From assembly GCF_963921235.1 (NCBI RefSeq), contig NC_086097.1, positions 25,174,001 through 25,238,000 of the forward strand: 64,000 nucleotides of DNA, given 5' to 3'. This document shows, piece after piece, positions 40,009 to 52,573 of the stretch. The notes under the pieces were generated by a model, which made no database searches, had not been told where the DNA came from, and saw nothing but the letters and a program-made list of their open reading frames with translations. Origin of the DNA: Mobula hypostoma. Its lineage: Eukaryota. How positions within the stretch are numbered: position 1 is the first letter of the stretch; every line of letters starts with the position of its first letter. The position numbers and the translations under genes were made by a program.

Positions 40009-40259
40009 AAGTGCCTCTGTGCTTTCGACACCAGTGCAGTGGCCCCACAATTTACTAACCCTAACTGTACATCTTTTGGAAAGTGGGAAGAAACCACAGC
40101 ACTCACAGGAAACCCACATGGCCAGGGGAAAACGTAAAAGCTCCTTACAGACAGCAGCAAGAATTGAACCCCAAAGCTACAACTGGCACTGAAAAACATT
40201 GCACTGACTGCTACACCACCCTGGAAAGGCAAGCAATGAAAGATTAGGCCTGTTAGGGA

Positions 40260-41130
40260 CCAAAGGGCAATCATGGTGGTACAGGCAAACTACATTGGAG
40301 GCTTTTAAGAGGTGTTTGGATAGGCACATGGATGTAAGGAAGATGGAGGGATAGGGATATGATGTAGGTAGGAGGAATTAGTGTTTGGTTGTATTTGATT
40401 TGTTTTTTAGCTGGTTTGCCACAACACTGTAGGCAGAATGGTCTGTTCCTGTGCTGCACTCTTCTATTTTCTGTAAGATGCTACATGGAAAGTTAGTCCA
40501 ATAAGATTAGAGCCCTTCACAATTAGCAAAATGGATCCAAAGTTGGCTTGGATGTCAGAGGGTGATGGAGAAGGTTTGCTTCTGTGATTGGAAGCTTGTG
40601 ATTAGCAGTGTACCACAGGGATCAGTGCCAGGAACCCTTTTGTTTATCATGTATTCTATTATTTTGAACGTGGAACTAGGAGGCTGGTTTAGAAGATCAT
40701 ACAAAAAGCGTTGGTATTGTTGACAGTGAGGAGGATAGTCTTAAGTTACAGAATGATGTTGATCATCTGGTAAATTGAGCAGAGCAATAGTAGATATAAT
40801 TTAGCCTCAGTTAATGTGATGTGATGCACTTTGGAAGTCAAGTAAGAATACAACGGTAGAGAGTTTGGCGCATGTCCAGAGAAAGGTGGCAACACCGACA
40901 GATACTGCAGGAAAGAGAATATATGAGATGCTGGCCTTCATTATACAGGCCTAAGGATGTAACTGCATGGATTTCATTGATCAACTCTATAAAACCTTAG
41001 TTGGGTCAAGGTACTATGATCTGTTGTGGTCACTATGCTATAAGAAGGACATCATTGAGACTGGATAGGCTTGGAGTGGAGGGGTCTGAGGGGACACCTA
41101 ATATATATGAAATTATGAGGGGCATAGACA
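40260..41130 (+). mobile_element. CR1 fragments
   Basis: CR1 3' UTR (40260-40470) and a degenerate RT remnant (about 40480-41130). Confidence 0.65.
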
Positions 41131-42169
41131 GAGCTGTGGGTCCCTCCACTGCCTGGTAACATCATTCCTTTTATGCTCTCATCCATCTTGGTGGCTTCAT
41201 TAGGGGATTGGAGGTGGAGAGGGTCAGTAACTTTAAATTCCTTGTCATTATCATATGAGAGGATCTGTCCTGGGACCAGCATACAAGTGCCATTACAAAG
41301 AAGGCATGGCAACACCTCTACTTTCTTAGAAATTTGCAAAGATTTGGCATTCCATCTAAAACTTTGATGATCTTTTATAGATGCACAGTGGAGAGTATCC
41401 TGGCTGAAGATCTCATGGCCCGTTTGAAAACACCAATGCCCAAGAATGGAAAAACCTATACAACGTTCGTTGTTCATTTAAGTACCAAAGCATCTCTAGA
41501 TACTTTCTTTGCACGTGCTGTTGCTACGAGAGCTGCTGATCGACAGTGATCAGTCCTGACCTATGAGGTTCTCTCTGCATGGCCTTTCCTCACGGATGTG
41601 CAGATTAGTACATTTATTGGCCTTTTTAAGTTGCCCCTAGGTAGGTAGATTTGAAGAATCTAGGGTGAGTTGACGGAAATGTTTGGGAGCACTGGTTACA
41701 AAGAAAATTAGTGAGGAAGTAGGATTTCTTTATGAGCCTTTAATAAGCCAATGTGATTTTCTTCTGTCATTAGTAAATATGAACATCATATTATTCTATG
41801 ATTCTATGTGCAAATGGGATTACTTGCAAAGTCCAATCTAACAGATGTGGCTTAACGGCTTTCTTTTTTATAACATTATTGTTTGTCACTTATAAAAAGA
41901 ACTCTCTATCTCCAAGGAAGTGCTAAAGAACAGAATATAATGTCTATATTTTTGTTACACATTTTTGTTCAAAGGGATTAGAAGCAACCAAGAGGACAAT
42001 ATATGAAACCAGTGGAACAAATTATTTGAACACACAATGGACATCAGGAAAATGCACAGACTTAACATCTATTCTGGCCCAACATATTGATGCAATTATG
42101 AAGAAGGCAAGCCAGCAGCTATATTTCATTAGGAGTTTGGGGAGATTTAGAATGTCACCAAAGACTCTA

Positions 42170-43700
42170 GCTCCTGAAGTCAATAATCAGTTCCTTGGTC
42201 TTGCTGACATTGAGTAAGAGGTTGTTGTTATGGCACCACTTAGCCAGATTTTCAATCTCCACCCTCTATGTTGATTCATCACCACCTTTGATTTGGCCTA
42301 CAGCAGTGGTGTCGTCAGCAAATTTGAATGTGGCATTAGAGCTGTGCTTAGCCATACAGTCATAAATGTAAAACAAGTAGAGTAGTGGGCTAAGCACACA
42401 GCCATGTGGTGCACCCGTGCTGATGGAGATTGTGAAGGAGATGTTGTTGCAAATCCCAACTGACTGGGGTCTACAAGTAAGGAAATCGAGGATCCAGTTG
42501 CACAAGGAGGTATTGAGGCCAATGCCTTGAAGTTTATTGATCAGTTTTGAGGGGATGATAGTATTGAATGCCAAGCGGTAGTCGATAAAGGGAATTCTGA
42601 TGCACATATCTTTGCTGTCAAGGTGTTCTAGGGTTGAGTGAAGAGCCAATGAAATGGCATCTGTTGTGGATCTGTTATGCTGGTGGACAAACTGGAGTGG
42701 ATCCAAGTTGCTTCTCAGGCAAGAGTCGACGTGTTTCATCAGCAACCTCTTAAAACACTTCACCACTGTGGATGTAAGAGCTACTGGACAACAGTCATTG
42801 AGGCAAGTTACCATGTTCTTCTTCGGCACCGCTGTAACTGAAGCCTGCTTGAAGCAGGTGGGTACCTCAGACTGCTGAAGCAAGAGGTTAAACATTTCAG
42901 TGAACACTTCAGCCAGTTGATCAGCACAGGTCTTTAATACCCGGCCAAGTACTCCATCTGGGCCGGACTCTCCCACAGGTTCACCCTCCTGAAGAATGCT
43001 TTCACGTTGGTCTCAGGGACAGAAACCACAGGATCATCAGGGGCTGTTGGAGTTCATGATGGTTCCTCCAAATTTTGATGGTCAAAGCGAGCACAGAAGA
43101 CATCAAACAACACAAACAACAGGAATTCTGCAGATGCTGGAAATTCAAGCAACACACATCAAAGTTGCTGGTGAACACAGCAGGCCAGGCAGCATCTCTA
43201 GGAAGAGGTACAGTCGACGTTTCAGGCCGAGACCCTTCGTCGAGCTCATCTGGAAGTGAAGCCCTGTTGTCACCTATGTCGCTTGATTTTACTTTATAAG
43301 AGGCACGTAGAACGTAGAAATCTACAGCGCACAATAGAAACTGCCTAGAACTTCCCTAGTGCATAGCCCTCTGTTTTTCTAAGCTCCATGTACCCATGCT
43401 GCAGGTGATAGCATTCAAACCCTATCGCAAGTGTAGAGCATCCCTCATTGATTCAAGTTCAGTCCGGAATTGCCACTTCACCAGTGAGATGGCTTTCCAG
43501 AGATCGTACCTGGACCTCTTGTAACATTTTTTGATCACCAGACTTGAATGTCTCTGACCTGGCTCTCAGTGTATTGCAGATCTGATGGTTCATCCAGGTC
43601 TTCTGGTTGGGGAAGACTCTGAATGATTTTGTGGGGACACAGTTGTCTATGACTGTTATAAAGTTATAAAGTCTGTGACAACTGTGGTGTATTCATTACA
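42170..43700 (-). mobile_element. Rex1/Babar-like LINE RT fragment with Penelope-terminus insertion at about 43107-43241
   Basis: ORF 42266-42976: GPDGVLGRVLKTCADQLAEVFT..LDPLQF..AFNTIIP..KFADDTT. Confidence 0.88.
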
Positions 43701-45261
43701 CACCATTAAAGCAATAAACTGGAAGCATGCAGAGAAGGTTTACACTGGAACTATTTTCATTGGAGCATAGAAGAAATTGAGGGTGACCTTACAGGGATGT
43801 ATAAAATCACAAGGTGTATATATAAGGTAAATACACACAGTCTTTTTCCCAGGGTTGGGGAATCAAGAGCTAGGGGAGATTCAGTTCAAGGGGAGAGATT
43901 TAGTAGGAAACTGAGGGGCAACTCTTTTACCCTGAGGGTGGTCCATCTATGAAATGAGCTGCCAGTTGAGGCAGGTACATTAACAACATTTAAAAAGTAC
44001 TTGAACAGGTACATGGATAGGAAATGTTTATGAGCCAAACACGGACAGATAGAAACAACTTAGATGAGGATCTTGGTCAGGCCGATTTCTATGCTGCATC
44101 ACTCTGTAACTCTGAAGAGGTGAGAGGAGTATCTCAGCCTTCATATGTCAAGGAGTTACAATGATAAGGAAGCCTCCAACCTGCAAGGAGTTCTGGAAAG
44201 GGAGAGGGATGAAGGTGGAAGAGGCTGTATATAAACACTTTTGCATTTAAGGTAGCACTGTATGTCATGTATGATTAATATATGTTTATGTTACCTAATA
44301 ATAGTCCTCATCTTTCAATATACTGTGCTGCCAGTGCAAAAGTTAGTTTTCAAGGCAGTTAAACCCTGCATCCATGCCAATGACAACATTGAACTTGAAC
44401 TGAGAAACCCTCCCCCTTGGGATGTATCCAACATGGTGATTTACTTGAGAAGGAGATTTTCTGTACTAGAAGAATCTACTGTTTGAAATCAGCCAGAATA
44501 CAGTTTAATTAAATAAACAGAGAGCAGGTGAACCCCTGCATCATTGGTGAGTCCAGAGTTTGAGGCCCGGTGTTCTGGGTCCTTATTCATCATCACTGGC
44601 ATGTCCTGGTGTCGATACTGAAGATCGAAGCCCAAAGATCTATCAGAAGTCTGGAAGTCGAGGCCCAAAGGCCACAGCCCTAAGTATTCAAGTCCACTGG
44701 GGAAGTCGAAGGCCCGTTTTCTGCGAGTCCAAGTCCACTGGAGGCTGGAGGCCAGAGACAACCTATCCTGGGGCTATTGTTGTTTTGTTGCTTGTTGTGC
44801 TCTGTTTTGTTGTGTTCTGTGTTGTTCTGACAAACATTGCTACGTTGGCGCTAGAATGCGTGAGACACTTGCTGGCTGTCCCCAGATCTTCCTTAGGTTG
44901 TGTTGGTTGTTAATGCAAGTGACACACTTCACTGTGTGTTTCAATGTACATGTGATAAATAAATGAATCTAAATCTGGAATATTCAAAGATCTCAAAGTA
45001 CATTCATTATCAAAGAATGTATAAATTATACAGCTCTGAGAGTTGTTTGCTTACAAGCAGCCACAAAGCGAGAAACCTGAAAGAAACCCATTAAAAAAAA
45101 TAAAGACCAACACCCGATGGGCAGAGAAAGGGGATAAAACACACAAATCATGCAGACAATAGAAGTGAACAACAACATTCCAAACCAAAATGAGTCCTTA
45201 GATCCAAATGACAGAGCAGCCCAGAGTAGGTCCAAGCCTCGGTATCAGTCCATCATATTAG

Positions 45262-45925
45262 TGCAGACATCCCACCCTACAAAAACTCATTTCAGGGAGG
45301 TAGCACCATCAATTTGCGGGAGACTCCTGAAACTTCTGGGAGAGGTGGGATATCTGCAATAGAGTAGCTCCTTAGCAGCTAGCCAGCTAGTTTAAATAAA
45401 GTTAGCTATGCTAATGAACGAATGACACCTGTTAAATTCACCTCAACATGTCTTTTCCAGTCTTAACCCACCATGGGCAATAGAAAAGTCATTGTTACAA
45501 ATAGCACAGCGAGCAACACTGTCATTATTTTTGACCCCTATTAGGCAGGGGTACACTTTAGTGTAGTCTGGGGTGACGTACGTTTTATATTTTTTTGGGA
45601 ACACTCTGCCACTCTGACTTTTTTTGGAACTCTCTCGCTCTCGCTCTTGGTCTCGCGTGCTTGCTTTCTCACTCTCACTCTCTCTCGCGCTTGCTTTCTC
45701 ACTCTCACACTCTCTCTCTCGTGGTCGCTCTCACTCGCGCTCGCTCTCTCGCGCTTGCTTTCACACTCTTGCGCTCACTCTCTCACGCTTGCTTGCTTGC
45801 TCTCGCGCTCGCTTGCTCGCTCTCTCGCTCTCTCTCATGCATTCTCGCTCGCTCGCTCGCAAAAAAATCAATTTCCGGGACATTGTATATAATTTGCAGG
45901 CATTAAGGAGCCTCCCAGAAGGAAG
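45262..45925. mobile_element. Unclassified DNA-transposon-like insertion with internal (CTCG/CT)n tract
   Basis: 15-bp inverted repeat tgcagacatcccacc / ggtgggatatctgca (45262-45276, 45344-45358). CpG-rich low-complexity tract at 45630-45860. Follows a LINE-3'-UTR-like segment that is homologous to about 26175-26440. Confidence 0.45.
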
Positions 45926-46559
45926 TCCATTAATAATGCATTTGATCTGTGTTTTTCTTTGGCTGAATTTCAATTCTTGAAAGCTTAACCCCTCAACTAA
46001 AGTGCCTGCTTTTGCTCGGTGAAAAAAGAACATTCTAACTCCAAGTCAGAACAGCCTAGACTTAATACAGAGAGCAAAGCCAGAGGCTGAAATCCAGAGC
46101 CTAACAAGCCTGGAGGTAGAGGCCCAAATGTCAGGTCTGCAAATCTGGACCAGGGACTGGAGAAAGGAGGCACGATGTCTGCAAGTCTCAGACTCTGGGG
46201 TCAAGGGCTGGAGGACTGGAGTTGGCCTGTCCTGGGGTGGAGGCCTGTATGTATATATATGAGGGGGTTGGTGTACAGGAGGGTGGGAAGGGGGCTTGTT
46301 TGGATGTTGCCTTATTTTGTCCTGTTTATATTGTTGTTGTCTATGTTGTTCTAATGAATATTGTGGGCATGCAATTTTGGTGCCAGAAAGTATGGTGACA
46401 CTTGCGGGCACATCCTAGGGTGTGTTGGTTGTTAATGCAAATGACGCATTTCATTGTATGTTTTCATCTACATGTGATAATCTGAATCTGAAATCAAAAC
46501 CCTATCCAATTATTTAAACAATAATCTGGACTGACGCTTCTAGAGAAAGGCATTTCTAA

Positions 46560-47110
46560 TGGGATTTTCACTTCTCTTTCAAAATATCCCATGGTACTTG
46601 ACAACCACCGAGGTACCTCTTGAACAATAGTCACCTGTTGTAGTGTAGGAAATGTAGTATCTAATTTGCTCAAACGATGTGAGTATGAGTGGATAATCTG
46701 TTTATTTTAATCAATAATGACTCAGGGATAAGTATTGGATAATGGTAACTACCCTGTTCTTTTGCCACCATTGTCTATCAGGAGCTTGCATATTCTCCCT
46801 GTGAATGCACAGGTTTCCTCCAGGTGCTCCGGTTTCCTCCCACATTACTGACGTAGGTTAATTGGTTACACGTAATAGGGCTGAAGTGCCTGTTTCTGTG
46901 CTGTATCTCTCTAAAAAAATAGTGCCACTAGAGCAATTACATCCATCTGCAGAAACAGATGGGACAGCAACTCATTGTTGGAATTGATCCATTGACAATG
47001 CAATATCTCACTGGACTATCAGGTTAGAAATTTACACGTAAAACTGGAGTGGGCCCCAAACAAAGAATTTTATGACTCGTGGCTATGGCTATGGCATCAC
47101 AAACTGAACC
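46560..47110 (-). mobile_element. Ancient DeuSINE (SacSINE1/AmnSINE1-like), interrupted by a V-SINE at about 46762-46915
   Basis: Antisense of recalled Deu-domain motifs (cccactccag.., gtggcactattt, tacttatccctgag, cagattatc, cctacactacaaca). Confidence 0.6.
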
Positions 47111-47129
47111 TGACACAGTAAGTGTTAGA

Positions 47130-47430
47130 TTGAGAGAGTTTTGTGATGTTGTAGTTACCATCTTTCAATGAGAAACCAAATTTAGATTACATCAACACTT
47201 TGATCCCGTGGCACCATTTTAAGTAAAGCATGGAAATTTTTCTCAGTATCCTGGCCATCAACATTACTAAAATGGATAATGTGATCATCATCTCATTCCT
47301 GTTTCTGAGTCCCTGTTGTTTGCAAATTAGCTGATGGTCTTACAACATTAACTACACTTTTAGAGTACTTCACTAACTGTAAGGTAACTTCAACCTTCTT
47401 AAATCCAAAAGATGCTCTATAAATGTAGGA
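47130..47430 (+). mobile_element. Ancient DeuSINE (SacSINE1/AmnSINE1-like)
   Basis: gatcccgtggcaccattt..tcctggcca..caacattactaaaa..gcaaattagctg..actacactt..agtacttca..ctgtaa, matching the recalled Deu-domain consensus. Confidence 0.65.
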
Positions 47431-47647
47431 CCATTCTGTTTTTCTCTCTAAAAGTCTTTTGCACGGTACAAACACAATAATTAATTTTAGGATTGAGTTC
47501 AATGGATTTGGTGGACACTTCAAGATCTTGGTCAGGTCCAACAAATCCTGGATACCTGTCGATGGCAACACCATCAGTTAACAACGAAACAGCATATGAT
47601 TTGAAGAGTAAGAAAGTAGGCAATCTTCTCTTGGGCTATTTAATTTA

Positions 47648-48210
47648 ACCATAAGACACAGGAGCAGAAGTAGGTCACTCGGCCCATCGAGTCTGTGCTG
47701 CCATTCAGTCATGGGCTGATCCAATTTTTCCAGTCATCCCCACTCCCCTGCCTTCACCTCATACTCTTTGATGTCCAGGCTAAGCAAGAACCTATCTATC
47801 TCTGCCTTAAATACACCCAATGACTTGGCCGCCACAACCACTCGTGGCAACAAATTCCACAGATTTACCACCCTCTGACTAAAGTAATTTCTCTGCATCT
47901 CAGTTCTAAAAGAACGCCCTTCAATTCTGAAGTCGTGCCCTCTTCTCCTAGAATCCCCTACCATGGGAAATAGCTTTGCCATATCTAATCTATTCAGGCC
48001 TTTTAACATTCGGAATGTTTCTGAGATCCCTCCTCATTGTCCTGAACTCCAGGGAATACAGCCCAGGAGCTGCCAGACGTTCCTCATATGATAACCCATT
48101 CATTCCTGAAATCATTCTCGTGAATCTTCTCTGAAGTCTCTCCAATGTCAGTATATCCTTTCCAAAATAAGGAGCCCAAAACTGCACATAATACTCCAAG
48201 TGTGGTTTTT
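47648..48210 (-). mobile_element. CR1 3' end
   Basis: EYYVQFWAPY..ERLQRRFTRMI..FSQRVVNLWNLLP. Confidence 0.88.
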
Positions 48211-50528
48211 CAAAATTTGAATTGTTTTCATTCTAAAATCCTTTGACACAAATTATTCACCATGACCTTGGAAGAATAGGAGCAAGTAAAGGATGGATTA
48301 TATCTACATGTCAAAGGGAAACCTAGGAACATTAAACATTTTGATGGCATATTCTATAGCTTAATAATATTCCTACTGTTACCAATTTTTACAGATGCAG
48401 CACATGAAGTATTCTAACCAGATGTATTGCAGTTAGGTACGGTATTACCTCTGCCCGTGACCTCAAGAAACAATAGAGAGTTGTGGACACAGCTCAGCAC
48501 ATCACGAAAACCAGCCTCCCCTTCATGCACTCTGTCTATACTTCTCGCTGCCTCAGTAAAGTAGTTAAAAATAATCAAAGTCCTCCTCCACAATGAATAT
48601 TCTCTCTTCTCCCCCTCCCATCAGGCAGAAGATAAAGAAGCATGAAAGCACCTACCACCAGGCTCAGACACATCTTCTATTCCTCCATTGTAAGAGCATT
48701 AAATAGTCCCCTAGTGTGATAAAATGGACTCTTAACCACAATCTACCTTGTTATAATCTTGCACCCTTTGTCTGTATGCACTGCACTTTCTCTGTAACAG
48801 TAACATTTTATTCTGCATTCTGTTAGTACTTTCCTTTATACTACTTCAGTGCACTGTTGTAATAAAATGATATGTAGGGATGGCATGTAAGACAAAGTTT
48901 TTCAGTGTACCTCATACATGTGATAATAATAAAACAATTTATCAATTTAAGCTAAATTTCAGGGCCAAAGGACAAATACATTGTACAGTTATGATCAAAA
49001 AACGTCCACTCACCACCTCTTTGAGGGAAAATGTAATAAAGATTAATTTGTTAATGCAACAATGAAAAACATGCAGTCACTAAATTACTGATATAAGCAT
49101 GGCAAAGAAGGTCATTAAGGACCCTCACCATCCAGAACAAGCCCTCTTCTCATTACGACCAATGGGAAGGAAGTACACACTCAACAGTTTAGGAACAGCT
49201 TCTTCCCCTCTGTCATCAGATTTCTGAAAGGTCCGTAAACCCACAAACACAACCTCACTATTCTGTTCTCTTTTAGTAATACTTATTTTTATAATTCTTA
49301 TTGTAACGTATAGTAATTTTTACTATGTATTGCAATGTACCCTACTGCAAAACAATGGTGGGAAGGGCTTTGCCTTTGACAGAGAGGGCTCATTACAATG
49401 ACTTTTCTGTTCCTGGGCACTGGTGTTTCCATACCAGGTTGTGATGCAACCGGTCAGGATATTCTCCACCTACATCTATAAAAGACCCACCTCATCCACA
49501 CTGACCTTTATTCCAATCGACACTAATTCAATTTGACAGTATCAGAACGGTATCCTACTGAAGAATAGGAAAGTTATTGATTTACATTATGATATCTCCC
49601 AGAGGACAAAGAAACCATGCAGTAACATATCCTGAGGGATACCTTTTGAGCGAATTCTCTGCTATTCATTCTTCTAATGTAAAAAATAATGCTTTCTACT
49701 TATTTAATAAAGAAGCATATTTAATAACTGGAATTATCTTGGTGTCATATTGCCATACACACACTAACATCCCCTATGGCCAAACTTGTCTATAATTTGT
49801 CACTCAGTGAGCTAGTCCCATCTGTCTGCATTTGGCCCAAAGCCCTTCAAATCACTTCTATCCATGTATTTATCTAAATAGCTTTTAATTGTTGCTTATG
49901 TACATAACACATAATGTACACAGATGGAAGTGGTTCGAAGGGCTTTGGACCAAGCCACTATTTCTGGTAGCTCATTTCAAATACGTACCAACCTTTGCAT
50001 GAAGAAGCTGCCTGGATGTCCCTTTCAAACCTTTCACATCTGATCTTATTTCTAGCATAGCCTCCCTGAGGAAAATACTTTCATATCTATGCTGTTCATA
50101 ATCTTATATACGTGTCAGGTCACCACTCAATCTCCTTTGTTCCAGGGAATAAAGTCCAAGTCTGTACTTGTAATGTGCATTAGGCTCTCTTGAAAAGTAA
50201 GGCACTTTTAGAAATCAAAAATAGAACAGCAACTCCCACCTTCTTATTCTGGCTTCTTCCCTCTTCTTTTCCAGCCTTGATGAAGCGTCTTGGCCAGAAA
50301 TGTCAACTCTTTATTCCTTTCTAAAGATGCTGCCCAACCTGCTGACCCTCCAGCATCTTATGCACGTTATTCTGGATTTTCAGTGTCTACAGAATCTCTT
50401 GGTTTTATTTAAGTGATGTATGGTTGATTCATTGTGGGATGGGATGGGGGAAGAGACCTTTCTACTGTCCTTCATGATTGCACACCTCATTTAGATCTTA
50501 AGTCATGCCAGGAATTAGCTTTACTCAC

Positions 50529-50578
50529 CTGCAATGTTCTCATCTCTTCATCCTTTCGACACATCTTTTGCAATAATT
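50529..50578 (-). CDS. CEP128: CEP128-like internal coding exon (50 nt, phase 1 to 0): (E)LLQKMCRKDEEMRTLQ
   Basis: Minus-strand acceptor ttccttattgttctttaacag and donor CAG|gtgagt. Open frame. Resembles the recalled human CEP128 segment DLLEETQRKDEEMGSLQ. Splices in phase with the next two exons. Orthology is from memory, not BLAST. Confidence 0.85.
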
Positions 50579-51271
50579 CTGTTAAAGAACAATAAGGAAA
50601 CAAGTACTATTATAAAAATATAGCACCATACATCCTTATATCATTACTCACAATGGTTGTCATAAGCAATGCAATTATTACCATGCATTTCATCTTCTAA
50701 CCTATCAAAATCTCCTTGCATAAACACAAAAAACTCTGCCAATGTTGGAAATCCAAAGCAACACACATACAATGCTGGAGGAACTCAGCAGGCCAGGCAG
50801 CATCTGTGGAAATGAATATATAGTCGACATTTTGTACTGAGACCCTTCTTCAAATCACCTCCTTATGATATCTCCAGAGAACGAAGAAACCATGCAGTAA
50901 CATATCCTGTCACTAACTCAAGATACTGCCTGGCCTGCTGAGTTCCTCCAGCATTTTGTGTGTGCTGATCCCATTCTAGAAAAGTTTTTTTTTAAATTTT
51001 TACTTTTATTTCTTTAGGGATCCAGCACAGTAACAAGCTTTTCTAGACCAATGAGCCTATGCTGCCCAATTACACACGTGACCAATTAACCAACTAACCC
51101 ATACATCTTGGGAATGTAAGAGGAAATCAAAGTACCCGGAAGAAACCCACACAGTCACAGGGAAAACATACAAACTCCTTATAGACAGCGGCAAGAACCA
51201 AACCAGGGTCACTAATGTTCTAATATCATTACACTCACCGCTATGCTACCGTGCTGCCCCAGTTCTGAAAA

Positions 51272-51890
51272 TTAGATTAGATTAGATTCAACTTTATTGT
51301 CATTTTGCTGAGTACAGATACAAAGCCAATGAAATGCAGTTAGCATTTAACCAGAAATGCAAAGAATAGTGTTATTTACAAAATAACTACGAATAAAAAG
51401 TAAGTGCTACAGCATACAAATATAAAAGTACTGAGACAGTACAATATGGGTGCAATACTGCTTAGCGCTGTGATGTGAGGTTCAGCAGGGTCACAGCCTA
51501 AGGGAAGAAGCTCTTCCTGAGCCTGCTGGTGCGGAAGCAGAGGCTCCTGTAGCGCCTACCGGATGGGAGGAGAGTAAAAAGTCCATGGTTAAGGTGAGAT
51601 GCATCCTTGATAATGCTTTATGCCCTGCCCAGGCAGCATTTATGGTAGATGTTCTCTATGGTGGGCAATTGGGTGCCGATAATCCACTGGGCCGTTTTCA
51701 CCACACGCTGGAGTGCTTTGCAGTCCGATATAGGACAATCGCCATACCATACTGAGATGCAGTTGGTGAGTATGCTCTCAATGGTACAGCGGTAAAAGTC
51801 TGTCAGTATCCTGGGATAGAGGTGAGCTTTCTTGATACTCTGCAGAAAATAAAGGCGCTTTTGCACCTTTTTGATCAGGATGGAGGAGTT
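51272..51890 (-). mobile_element. Rex1/Babar-like LINE 3' end with (TCTAA)n tail
   Basis: KKVQKRLYFL..FYRCTIESILTNCISVWYG..LQRVVKTAQ. Confidence 0.85.
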
Positions 51891-51894
51891 ATCT

Positions 51895-52460
51895 TGGAAC
51901 ATAAAACAGTACAGGCCCTTCAGCCCACTCTTTGCTGAACTTCTAACCTACTCCAAGATCAATGCAGCCCTTCCTTCCCAAATAGCCGTCCATTTTTCTA
52001 TCATCCACGTGCATATCTAAGAGTCTCTTAAATGTCCTTAATGTATCTGCCTCCAACACTTATCCCTGGCAGCCTGCTCCACATACCTACCAATCTCTGT
52101 GTAAATAACTTGCCCCTGGCATCTCCCCTATGCTCCCTTCCCAACATCTTAAAGTTAAGCCCCCTTGTATTAGCTGTTTCTGCCTTGGGAAAATGTCTTT
52201 TGCTATCCACTCAGTCAATGCCTCTCTTCATCTTGTACACTTCAATCAAGTCATCTCTCATCCTCCTCCCCTCCAAAGAAAAAAGCCCTATCTCATTCAA
52301 CCTATCCTCATAAGACATGTTTTGTAATCATCCTGGTAAATCTCCTGTGCCCTCCTGGTTTACCCTCTGTAAAAAGCTTCCACAACCTTCCAATAATGAG
52401 GTGACCAGAACTGCAGACAATATTGTGCATCTCAGTTGCAACATTACCTCATGGCTCAGA
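51895..52460 (-). mobile_element. CR1 3' fragment
   Basis: Antisense CR1 ORF end and 3' UTR. Confidence 0.8.
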
Positions 52461-52573
52461 TTTAAGAATTTAAATCTCGTTCTCCAACCACCTCCTACGG
52501 CCCCTCCCCTGCCTCTCTCAGGATCTCGTTCAGCCCTGGAACTTTCAAAGAACTCTGCTCTCCCCCTGCTTAT

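Noticed and set aside
45595..46033. Several overlapping Leu/Ser/Arg-rich ORFs
   Set aside because: Stop-free low-complexity (CTCG/CT)n tract.
47293..47623. Two overlapping minus-strand ORFs with a possible acceptor at about 47555
   Set aside because: The phase-0 frame hits a stop after 7 codons, there is no good donor, and part overlaps a DeuSINE.
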